Origin: an uncultured Pseudomonadota bacterium
GTDB taxonomy: Bacteria > SAR324 > NAC60-12
Length of the DNA stretch: 28,119 nt
Assembly (NCBI GenBank): GCA_913020725.1
Contig: CAJWCD010000033.1
Location: 1-28,119, forward strand
Direction of reading: 5' to 3'
Made by a program: the position numbers and the translations under genes. The notes beneath the pieces are model-generated. The model did no database searches, was not told the origin of the DNA, and worked only from the letters and a program-made list of their open reading frames with translations. Within the stretch, counting starts at the first letter, position 1, and every line of letters begins with the position of its first letter. This document shows positions 8,243-16,932 of the stretch, piece after piece.

Positions 8243-9504
8243 CCTCGCCCACTGCATTCCTGCATTCCCTCTTTGAAACGGCGGTCGCCAGTACGCAGCC
8301 CGCACAGTGTGTGCCGCCTAATCTTCCGGAACCACCCAAGGGTCGCACGCTGGTGATTGGTGCCGGGAAGGCGTCCGCAGCGATGGCACGTGCCGTGGAG
8401 CAGCACTGGCCCGGAGACCTTGAAGGGCTGGTGCTGACGCGCTACGGCCACGCCGTTCCCTGTGAGCGCATCGAGATCGTGGAGGCGGCTCATCCGGTTC
8501 CGGACGAAGCGGGACGGCAGGCCGCAGAGCGGATGTTGGAGCTGGTGCAAGGACTGGCTGCGGACGATCTGGTGCTGTGTCTGATCTCCGGAGGCGGTTC
8601 GGCGTTGCTCACCTTACCTGCGCCGGGGTTGACGTTGGAGGACAAGCAGTCAGTCAATCGGGAACTGCTGCGCTCCGGAGCCACAATCCACGAGATGAAC
8701 TGCGTCCGCAAGCATCTCTCCACGATCAAGGGTGGACGCCTCGCTGCTGCTTGCCATCCGGCGCGGGTACTGACGCTGGCAATTTCGGATGTTCCCGGAG
8801 ACGAGCTTTCCGTGATTGCCTCCGGGCCGACCGTTCCGGATCCATCGACCTTTGCCGAAGCACAGGACGTGCTGGAGAAGTACACGATCACCGTGCCGGA
8901 GGCTGTTCGTACTCATTTGGAACAGGCCGAGGACGAAACGCCAAAACCCGGCGATCTGCGTCTCGTCAACACCGAGACCAAACTGATCGCCACCCCGCAG
9001 CAAATGCTGGAAAGTGTTGCCGAGCAAGTCCGGAAGGCGGGCCTCACGCCGTTGATTCTCAGCGACCGCATCGAGGGCGAAACCCGTGATGTAGCAAAAG
9101 TTCATGCGGCCATCGCCCGTCAAATCCAGACGCATCAGCAGCCTGTCGCGCCTCCGGCGGTGATCCTCTCCGGAGGTGAAACCACGGTGACGGTGCGCGG
9201 CAAGGGCAAGGGCGGGCGCAACTCGGAATTCGCGCTGGCCTTGCTGGACGACTTGCGCGGGCTACCCGGAATTGCTGCGCTTGCCTGCGACACCGATGGC
9301 ATTGACGGTTCCGAGGACAACGCGGGCGCCATTCTCACTCCGGAAACTTTTTCACAGGCGGAAACCCTTGACCTCTCGCCTGCCGAATTTCTGAGCCGCA
9401 ACGACGCCTATTCGTTTTTTCAACAGGTGAACGGACTGGTGGTTTCTGGTCCAAGTCTGACGAACGTCAACGACTTGCGGGCGATTTTGGTGGAGCCAGC
9501 TTAA
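8239..9504 (+). CDS. Glycerate 2-kinase / TtuD-like hydroxypyruvate reductase (DUF4147 + MOFRL)
   Basis: VIGAGKASAAMA, EAAHPVPD, LISGGGSALL, VRKHLSTIKGG, ISDVPGD, IASGPT, SGGETTV, GGRNSE, DTDGIDG, TNVND. Start MTSP at 8239 (ATGA overlap with the DUF2442 stop). Confidence 0.92.
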   Translation: MTSPTAFLHSLFETAVASTQPAQCVPPNLPEPPKGRTLVIGAGKASAAMARAVEQHWPGDLEGLVLTRYGHAVPCERIEIVEAAHPVPDEAGRQAAERMLELVQGLAADDLVLCLISGGGSALLTLPAPGLTLEDKQSVNRELLRSGATIHEMNCVRKHLSTIKGGRLAAACHPARVLTLAISDVPGDELSVIASGPTVPDPSTFAEAQDVLEKYTITVPEAVRTHLEQAEDETPKPGDLRLVNTETKLIATPQQMLESVAEQVRKAGLTPLILSDRIEGETRDVAKVHAAIARQIQTHQQPVAPPAVILSGGETTVTVRGKGKGGRNSEFALALLDDLRGLPGIAALACDTDGIDGSEDNAGAILTPETFSQAETLDLSPAEFLSRNDAYSFFQQVNGLVVSGPSLTNVNDLRAILVEPA

Positions 9505-9768
9505 CAGTCACCACCACCCTCCAGACGAGTCTGTCGATGAATGTTTCAGAAAGCTGCTTGAATGTTACAGGAGAGTATGGCTAGAGTAGTATCTGCTCTG
9601 GGGTGAAATGGACGAGTCCGGGACTTTACGACGGTCTGTTGGGCTCACTTCATGGATTCATCGCGTGGATTCAGGCGGAAGGAAACCGCTCCCCAGGGCT
9701 TTACAGAACCTCAGCAACTTCCATGCCCGGACCCCGGCCTTCCGGGGGGCGAAGCGCATCTGCCCAAA

Positions 9769-10347
9769 ATGGCCAAGCTCTACTTCTACTACTCCGCGAT
9801 GAACGCGGGAAAGACCACCACCCTCTTGCAGTCTGCCTACAACTACCGCGAACGCGGGATGAACACGCTCGTCCTCAAGCCGCGCCTTGACGACCGCTAC
9901 GGTGCCCGTATCCATTCTCGGATTGGGCTAGAAACGGAGGCAGAGAATTTCACTCCGGAGCAGAATCTGTTAGAATTGACCAACTCCCGATTGGCGAAGG
10001 ATCCGTTGCACTGCGTGTTGGTTGACGAAGCTCAGTTTCTGACGCAAGCGCAGGTGTACCAACTCAGCGAGGTCGTGGACCAGCGGAAAATCCCAGTCCT
10101 TGCCTACGGATTGCGTACCGACTTTCAGGGAGAATTGTTCGAGGGCAGTCGTCATCTGCTTGCATGGGCCGATGAATTGTGCGAGATCAAGACCATCTGC
10201 CACTGCGGACGCAAGGCGACGATGGTGGTTCGGCTGGACGAGCAGGGCCACTCCGTCCGCGCCGGGGCACAAATCCAGATTGGCGGCAACGACTCTTATG
10301 TTTCGATGTGCCGAAGGCATTTCAAGATCAGCCTCTACGAGGAGTGA
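9769..10347 (+). CDS. tdk: Thymidine kinase
   Basis: [57 protein letters not shown]. Start reassigned to ATG 9769. Confidence 0.95.
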   Translation: MAKLYFYYSAMNAGKTTTLLQSAYNYRERGMNTLVLKPRLDDRYGARIHSRIGLETEAENFTPEQNLLELTNSRLAKDPLHCVLVDEAQFLTQAQVYQLSEVVDQRKIPVLAYGLRTDFQGELFEGSRHLLAWADELCEIKTICHCGRKATMVVRLDEQGHSVRAGAQIQIGGNDSYVSMCRRHFKISLYEE

Positions 10348-10376
10348 TCCGCCTTAAAAACCGAAACCAAAAACTT

Positions 10377-11375
<999 letters not shown>

Positions 11376-11471
11376 GGTTGTAAATCCCTGCCAATCTTGG
11401 AACAATGATAAATTGCCTTCCTAGAGGTGAGTCTGTCGGATTCACCTGATTTGTGCTTAAGAAAAGGAGCC

Positions 11472-12197
11472 ATGCCCGAAACCATCCAGCCTGTCATTGA
11501 CCTTGCTAAAGCTGACCGTGAACTGATCCAACTCCGAGGTCAAATCCGTACGCTCGATGAGCAGATTGGTATTGCCCGCAGCGAGCATGACCGGCAGTTG
11601 GACATTGTGCAAGGAAAAGAGCAACACGAGGGGGTGCTAGCAGTACAAGGCCGAGAACTGCGCGGGAAGTTGGAACTTCAAGATACCTTTATCGCCAATC
11701 TGGAGCAGCAGGTTCCACGCATCCGCAACGAGAAGGAGTTCGTTGCCAGCAAGAAGCAACTCGAGGAAGCCCGCAAGCACCGCTCCATCATCGAGGAGCA
11801 GGTGCTGGAACTGGACATCGAGAAGGAAGGGTTGGATGAGACTCTCTCCACTCTGCGCTCCGAATTGGAGGTGGAGAACGTCAGGTTTCAGGAAGCCACC
11901 ACCGAACTCGGACAGGTTCGGAAGCAGTCTGCTGGAGAACTCAAGAGCTTGGAATCCCACCGCACCGAGCTGTTTGACGAAATCCCGGACACTGTGCAGC
12001 GTTACTATCAGCGGTGCCAGACGAGTGGGCTGAGGATGCCGATTTGCGAGGTGAACGACAAATCATGTGGCGGCTGCCACATGGTGTTACCGCCGCAGTT
12101 GCTCAACGAGATGCTGACCGATCCGGAGAATTGCCGCAACTGCCCGCACTGCCAGCGTCTGCTCTACCTCGAAACCACTGAGGTCGCGGCGGATTGA
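11472..12197 (+). CDS. Coiled-coil + C4-type zinc-ribbon protein (DUF164/CT398-like)
   Basis: Long heptad coiled coil with RNEKEF, then C-terminal CGGCHM...CPHCQRLLY; SD AAGGAG before ATG 11472. Confidence 0.88.
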   Translation: MPETIQPVIDLAKADRELIQLRGQIRTLDEQIGIARSEHDRQLDIVQGKEQHEGVLAVQGRELRGKLELQDTFIANLEQQVPRIRNEKEFVASKKQLEEARKHRSIIEEQVLELDIEKEGLDETLSTLRSELEVENVRFQEATTELGQVRKQSAGELKSLESHRTELFDEIPDTVQRYYQRCQTSGLRMPICEVNDKSCGGCHMVLPPQLLNEMLTDPENCRNCPHCQRLLYLETTEVAAD

Positions 12198-12198
12198 G

Positions 12199-12510
12199 AT
12201 GCTGTTGCATCATCGGCTCCTGCGTGCGCTTGGCCTGCTGTTCGCCATGGGGTTAGGCGCCTGCCAATCCTCTCCGGAACCCAAAAAACTTCTTTATCCC
12301 ACTCCTGCCGAACAGGGCGTGAGCTACTACTGCCGCCGCCCCTTTTACGAACCCTACAACCTCAACCAACGTTGGACCAACATGCGTCCGGCCCTGCTGG
12401 TTGTCTCCGCAGTGCAGGCGGTGGTTTACTTTGAAAACGACGAAGCACAGGTGCTGCCGCTCGATTTTGACGACACCATCCCGTCCGGATCGTACCGCTG
12501 TCCTTCCTGA
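12199..12510 (+). CDS. Hypothetical lipoprotein
   Basis: Signal peptide with lipobox LGA-C (MLLHHRLLRALGLLFAMGLGAC); starts 1 nt after the upstream stop. Confidence 0.7.
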   Translation: MLLHHRLLRALGLLFAMGLGACQSSPEPKKLLYPTPAEQGVSYYCRRPFYEPYNLNQRWTNMRPALLVVSAVQAVVYFENDEAQVLPLDFDDTIPSGSYRCPS

Positions 12511-12544
12511 TTGGAGTGATCCACCACAGATTTACGTGGAGGTT

Positions 12545-12605
12545 ACGGGTATTTTTTATCCGTTGCGGATTCAACCGATCTGTTGCACTTTCGAGTTGAA
12601 TCCGC
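12545..12605. terminator. Hairpins between convergent genes
   Basis: Perfect 11-bp inverted repeat GCGGATTCAAC (12565-12575)/GTTGAATCCGC (12595-12605), plus ACGGGTA-T5-TATCCGT hairpin (12545-12563). Confidence 0.5.
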
Positions 12606-12658
12606 GAATCACTAGAGCAGGGCTTACGCAAAATGTGGGGAAGTGAGGTTGCTCCCCT

Positions 12659-14242
12659 TCAGTGGTGATCCTCGTCCAGCATCTGCTCAAACTTCCGAGC
12701 GCGGATTTTCTTCACAATGAAGTCAATGTTTTTGATGGTTTTGCGCAGTTCCTCGTCTTTCTCTAGGCTCCGCTTGACTTCAGTCATGCTCTGGATGATC
12801 ACTCCGATCACAAGGTTGAGGATGACCAGCCCGCTGATGACGATGAAGGAGATGAAGTAGAACACGGAGGCCACCGGCAGTTTGGACGGAGAGGTGCACT
12901 GCTCCGCAGCATCTTTGTAACCGTAGGTGTCGCATCCGTACATCTGGATGTACATCAGGTCGGTCCAATCCTCGAAGGTGGCTGCCCTGAACAGGGAGAT
13001 CATGCTGATGGGCAGGTTGCCAAAGTGGATGGGGTCGTTCTTGGAGAAGGTGGTGGTTCCAATGACTCCGTAGATGTAGATCAGCAGCAGCAGCAGGATG
13101 CCGACAAATCCAATGGGTTTGGTGCTTTGGAACAAGGAGATGACGATGATCCGCAGTTGCGGGATTCTGCGGAAGATCCGCGTGAAGCGGAGCAACCTCA
13201 CCACTCTCAGCACGAAAGGGTAGGTTCCGAAGGGCAGGAAGGAGAGGAACACCAGCAGGGAGTCGAAAACGTTCCACCCGTTGGAGAGGAACACCAGAGG
13301 TCGGTTCCACTTGGGAATGAGGCGGATGAGAATTTCGACAAGGAAAATGTACTTGATGCCAAGATCGAGGACGTGAAAGGTCTGGGCATACTCCCGGACA
13401 AGTTCCTCGCTGGTTTCCAATCCGACCACGATCCCGGCCAGAATGATCATCAGGTTGATGAAGTTGGAGAACAGCGGATGCTGCTCAATCTCCATCAAGC
13501 ATTTGCTCAGCCGGAACCCGGAACTCTCAAAGCTGAGACCGGACTCGACTCCAAGGTTCTCCAGCAACAGCTCATAGACGATCTTTTCTTCATCGGTGAA
13601 CTCGTTATCTGAAAAAATGACCTCCTCCACCATCGTCCGGATGCTGATTTTCTGGTCATGGTCGATTTGGTTGAGCTTCCTCAGTTCTTCCCCCACCTTC
13701 TGGATTTGGGATTCCAGATCGAGATCCTTCAGGTTTTGGTAGGCTTCGTTGTAGTAGATGCGGATGTCTGGTCCCATGTACTTGATCCAGATTTCCGCAA
13801 ACTCATCGATGCTTGCAAAATCAGAGCTGGAGACGTAGTTGAGCACATGGAGGTACTCGAAGAGTTCCAGAGTCGGATTGATGGCATAGACGTTGACTTG
13901 GAGGTAGCGTTTGGCAAGATCATAGAACTTGCGCTCGGTCGAAAGCACCTCAGCATCGGCAAAGATGATCTCTTCAATCATCAGCAGGATTTCCTTTTTG
14001 ACGAACTCATCTTCTTCCTGCAAGCGGGAAAAGCTCTGTTTGGTGCGGTTGACCTTTTCGTCGTCGGCTAGGTCATCCAAGACACGAGCCGCCTCAGTTT
14101 CCCAAGCTGCGAACTGACTCCCCAGATGCGTCTTCAGGATGCTGTTGATGCGCTGTTCGGACTCTTCATCAGAAAGCGAGATCACGTTCAGCAACTTCAG
14201 GCAGATCACCAAATCCAGCGGATTCTGCAAATTTTTGATCAT
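12659..14242 (-). CDS. 6-TM voltage-gated Na+/Ca2+ channel (BacNav/AnclNav-like) with two N-terminal TerB-like domains
   Basis: C-terminal ~280 aa: S1-S3 (GWNVFD), S4 LRVVRLLRFTRIFRR, S5, pore FGNL...SLFRAATFEDWTDLMY, S6 NLVIGVI. N-terminal ~235 aa: two similar acidic helical repeats ending EEIIFADAEVLSTERKFY and EEVIFSDNEFTDEEKIVY. Confidence 0.9.
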   Translation of the reverse strand: MIKNLQNPLDLVICLKLLNVISLSDEESEQRINSILKTHLGSQFAAWETEAARVLDDLADDEKVNRTKQSFSRLQEEDEFVKKEILLMIEEIIFADAEVLSTERKFYDLAKRYLQVNVYAINPTLELFEYLHVLNYVSSSDFASIDEFAEIWIKYMGPDIRIYYNEAYQNLKDLDLESQIQKVGEELRKLNQIDHDQKISIRTMVEEVIFSDNEFTDEEKIVYELLLENLGVESGLSFESSGFRLSKCLMEIEQHPLFSNFINLMIILAGIVVGLETSEELVREYAQTFHVLDLGIKYIFLVEILIRLIPKWNRPLVFLSNGWNVFDSLLVFLSFLPFGTYPFVLRVVRLLRFTRIFRRIPQLRIIVISLFQSTKPIGFVGILLLLLIYIYGVIGTTTFSKNDPIHFGNLPISMISLFRAATFEDWTDLMYIQMYGCDTYGYKDAAEQCTSPSKLPVASVFYFISFIVISGLVILNLVIGVIIQSMTEVKRSLEKDEELRKTIKNIDFIVKKIRARKFEQMLDEDHH

Positions 14243-14578
14243 CGGTGCTGTTCAGAATTGTGGTGCATCTAGAAGGGAAACATCTTGCGCCAACCCTACC
14301 CGAAACTCCCGTCTAGCGCAACGGGAATTGTTGAAGTTTGCTAGGCAGGACAACTAGGGCGATCTTTTCCGGAGACGCTCTTGTTGCGGTTGAACTTGCG
14401 CTTGAGCGTCCTTGTACTCAAAGCTGCAAGACAACTGAGAAACGGTTCTCAGAATCAACCCTTGTTCAGAACATCTTATAGTCAAAGCTACTGGTTCTAG
14501 GACACATTTGGACTGGGATGCAAACAGCCAATTCATTAATATTCAACAATATTTATTAGATGTCACCGCTAGTTCATA

Positions 14579-14716
14579 GTGTTCGATTTTAATTTGAAAT
14601 TTACTCTGGAAGAACTCTTTGGCAAGAAAGTAGATCTTCTTCAAGAAGGTGCGATTGACAACCCCTATGTCAAAGCATCCTTAGAAAAAGATCGGGTGTC
14701 CGTCTATGTTGCATAA
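14579..14716 (+). pseudogene. C-terminal remnant of a minimal nucleotidyltransferase (MNT) antitoxin
   Basis: FDFNLKFTLEELFGKKVDLLQEGAIDNPYVKASLEKDRVSVYVA* fits the MNT C-terminal 'LE.LFG..VDL....I.NPY' motif. The catalytic N-terminus (GS..D.D) is missing; in-frame TAG at 14570-14572. AT-rich. Confidence 0.75.
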
Positions 14717-14798
14717 TACGAAGGCGTACCGGTATGATATTCTGAAAGCCTGTGATGCGATCATTGACTACAGAAGCGGAAGCTCATCTCAAAGGTGA
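14706..14798 (+). pseudogene. N-terminal remnant of a HEPN/DUF86 toxin
   Basis: MLHNTKAYRYDILKACDAIIDYRSG.. resembles the DUF86 start ('..AYL.DIL.A...I..F..G'), overlaps the MNT end as in such pairs, and stops after 30 aa. Confidence 0.6.
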
Positions 14799-14822
14799 GT
14801 GTCAGAAATTATTACAATAGTG

Positions 14823-15779
14823 CTACTTTGAGGAGGAAGTGGTCAGTGCGCCGACTTCTGTAACAATCCAATCCAAGCATTGATTGGCTTGCGGCATCAG
14901 CCCAAGGTTGGTGATGAAGCCGTGGATCATGCCTTCCCAGCAGCGTTCCACAACCACCACGCTTGCTGCGCTCAGTTTCTCGCCGTAAGCATGTCCTTCG
15001 TCAAGCAGCGGATCGAAGCCAGCGGTGACGAGGACTGTAGGTGGCAAATCACGGAAATCGGAGGCGAAGTGTGGGGAGGCTTCCGGATCACGACGGTCGT
15101 GCCCTACAGGCAAGTAGTGTCCGAGGAACCAGTCAATCGAGTGGCGGGTGAGCAGGTAGCCTTCGCCATTGCGTTGGTGTGACTCAAGAGCGCAGGTCAT
15201 GTCGGTGGCAGGATAAATCAACACCTGCGCGGCGAGCCGAAATTCACCACGATCCCGGGCGCGGTGGGCCACTACGGCAGCTAAATTCCCGCCTGCACTG
15301 TCTCCTCCAACAGTGATCTGTTCCGGATTCCCGCCCCGTGCATCGATGTTTGCGTAGACCCACTGCACCGCCGTCCAACTGTCCTCAACTGCCTGTGGAA
15401 ACGGTGCTTCCGGAGCCAGCCGGTAATCCACGGAAACCACCACCCAGTTTCCGTTTGTGCAGAAATGGCGGCAAACGCCATCGTGTGTGTCCAGGTTGCC
15501 GATCACCCAGCCACCGCCATGCAGGTACACCAGCACCGGGCGTGGGGACTCCGAGGATTCCGGAGGCGTGTAAATGCGCACGCCAAAGGAACCGTTTTGA
15601 CCGTCGAGTTGTAAATCCTCCACTGAACCCACCTCTGCGGCTCGCCCTTGCAACCACGTTGGCATGGAGGTGTAAATGTTGCGGGCTTCTTTAACCGTAC
15701 AGTCGGCGATATCCGGAGCACCGAACTCCTTACGGATTTGCAGGAGTTGTGCGGCTTCGGGATCAAGTTTTTGGGGCAT
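14823..15779 (-). CDS. Alpha/beta-hydrolase esterase/lipase (HSL family)
   Basis: HGGGW oxyanion motif, SVDYRLAPE, GDSAGGNL nucleophile motif, FDPLLDEG (Asp), MIHGF (His). Confidence 0.93.
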   Translation of the reverse strand: MPQKLDPEAAQLLQIRKEFGAPDIADCTVKEARNIYTSMPTWLQGRAAEVGSVEDLQLDGQNGSFGVRIYTPPESSESPRPVLVYLHGGGWVIGNLDTHDGVCRHFCTNGNWVVVSVDYRLAPEAPFPQAVEDSWTAVQWVYANIDARGGNPEQITVGGDSAGGNLAAVVAHRARDRGEFRLAAQVLIYPATDMTCALESHQRNGEGYLLTRHSIDWFLGHYLPVGHDRRDPEASPHFASDFRDLPPTVLVTAGFDPLLDEGHAYGEKLSAASVVVVERCWEGMIHGFITNLGLMPQANQCLDWIVTEVGALTTSSSK

Positions 15780-15854
15780 TGATTGCGAGGTTTTGAGGTT
15801 TATACTCTGCTGCTTGCTGAATTCGGAAAAGCGAGAAGTATTGCCCTGAATAGA

Positions 15855-15926
15855 GCAGTATTCAGGAGCCGGTATTCAGGAGTCAGGATAACCCATTCTG
15901 ACTTCTGGCTCCTGACTCTGGATTCT
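15855..15926. repeat. Heptamer-based imperfect inverted repeat (possible terminator or stabilizer)
   Basis: Left arm TCAGGAG-CCGGTAT-TCAGGAG-TCAGGAT; right arm reverse complement TCAGGAG-CCAGAAG-TCAGAAT; immediately 3' of the cyclodeaminase stop. Confidence 0.6.
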
Positions 15927-15930
15927 ATTG

Positions 15931-16932
15931 TTACAGTTCCACGAGTGTGCCCAGGCCGTCTCGCTCGGCGCAGTCCAGCACGATGCGGGCGGCGACTGCA
16001 TCCTGCACGGCGACTCCGCAGGATTTGAAGACGGTGAGCTGTTCCGCAGTGGTGCGTCCAGCTTTGGTTTGGTTGACGATTTCGCCGATTTCTGCATGGA
16101 TGTGATCAGGTTGAATCACGCCCTGGGCAATCGGGATCACCAAGTCTCCGGTTTCGGCAAGAGCGGATTCGCGGGCATCCACCACGACCAAGCCGTTGCG
16201 GATGGTTTCGTTGTCAATCTCCTGCATGTCTGGACGGAAAGAACCGACCCCACTGACATGACAGCCGGGTTTGAGATCGTTGAAGTTGATGACGGGAGTG
16301 GTGGAGGTCGTGGAAGTGCAAACAATGTCGGCGTCACGCACCGCTTCCGTTGAGGAATTCACGGCGGAGACCTCCTCCGGAATCGGGGAGCGCCCTCGCA
16401 TTTCCTCGACAAAGGCACGAACGTGTTCCGGATTCGGACTGAAAACGCGCACTTTGCGGATGGCTCGCACCGCGCACATCGCTTCAAGCTGCGCACGGGC
16501 CTGCACTCCGCTACCAAGGATCGCCACCGACTCCGCGTCCGGACGCGCTAGCAAAGCGGCGGCGGCTCCGGCTCCAGCTCCGGTGCGAGTGGCCGTCAGC
16601 GCCTCGCCGTCCAGCAGGGCTTGAGGAACCCCGGTTTCCGGATGCAGCACCAGCACAACCGCATGGATCAGCGGAATGCCGCGCTCGCGGTTTTTCCCGA
16701 ACACTGACACCAGCTTAACCGCCAAGCTGCCCTCTCCGGGTACGGAGGCAGGCATCGTCAGCAGCACTCCTTCCTGTTCTGGAACCTGAACCCGACTGCG
16801 CAACGGAGCCTCGGTTTGTCCTGTTGAGAGCAATCCAAATGCCCTTTTCATGCCCGCAATGGCCTCGGCCATCGGCAGGGCTTGCTCAACATCACTGCGG
16901 GAGAGAATCCGAAGCTGCATCGCCGGGTTCAA
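15931..16932 (-). CDS. Ornithine cyclodeaminase / mu-crystallin family protein
   Basis: VKLVSVF..N, TG.P.ALLDG..LTATRTGA, LGSGVQA, DADIVCTST, GVGSFRP, AETGDL, FKSCGVAVQD. Start is TTG 16932 or ATG 16920. Confidence 0.92.
   Translation of the reverse strand: MNPAMQLRILSRSDVEQALPMAEAIAGMKRAFGLLSTGQTEAPLRSRVQVPEQEGVLLTMPASVPGEGSLAVKLVSVFGKNRERGIPLIHAVVLVLHPETGVPQALLDGEALTATRTGAGAGAAAALLARPDAESVAILGSGVQARAQLEAMCAVRAIRKVRVFSPNPEHVRAFVEEMRGRSPIPEEVSAVNSSTEAVRDADIVCTSTTSTTPVINFNDLKPGCHVSGVGSFRPDMQEIDNETIRNGLVVVDARESALAETGDLVIPIAQGVIQPDHIHAEIGEIVNQTKAGRTTAEQLTVFKSCGVAVQDAVAARIVLDCAERDGLGTLVEL

Noticed and set aside
9670..9692. TCAGGCGGAAGGAAACCGC resembling SRP RNA domain IV
   Set aside because: Lacks the 3-bp stem closing the GGAA tetraloop and the AGCAG 3' strand; no long flanking helix.
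12198..12658. RNase P RNA (rnpB), often found after C4 zinc-ribbon genes
   Set aside because: No GAGGAAAGTCC or 3' ACAGAA..CGGCTTA signatures found.
14354..14536. 60-aa minus-strand ORF
   Set aside because: No SD, no recognisable family, lies in an AT-rich decayed region.
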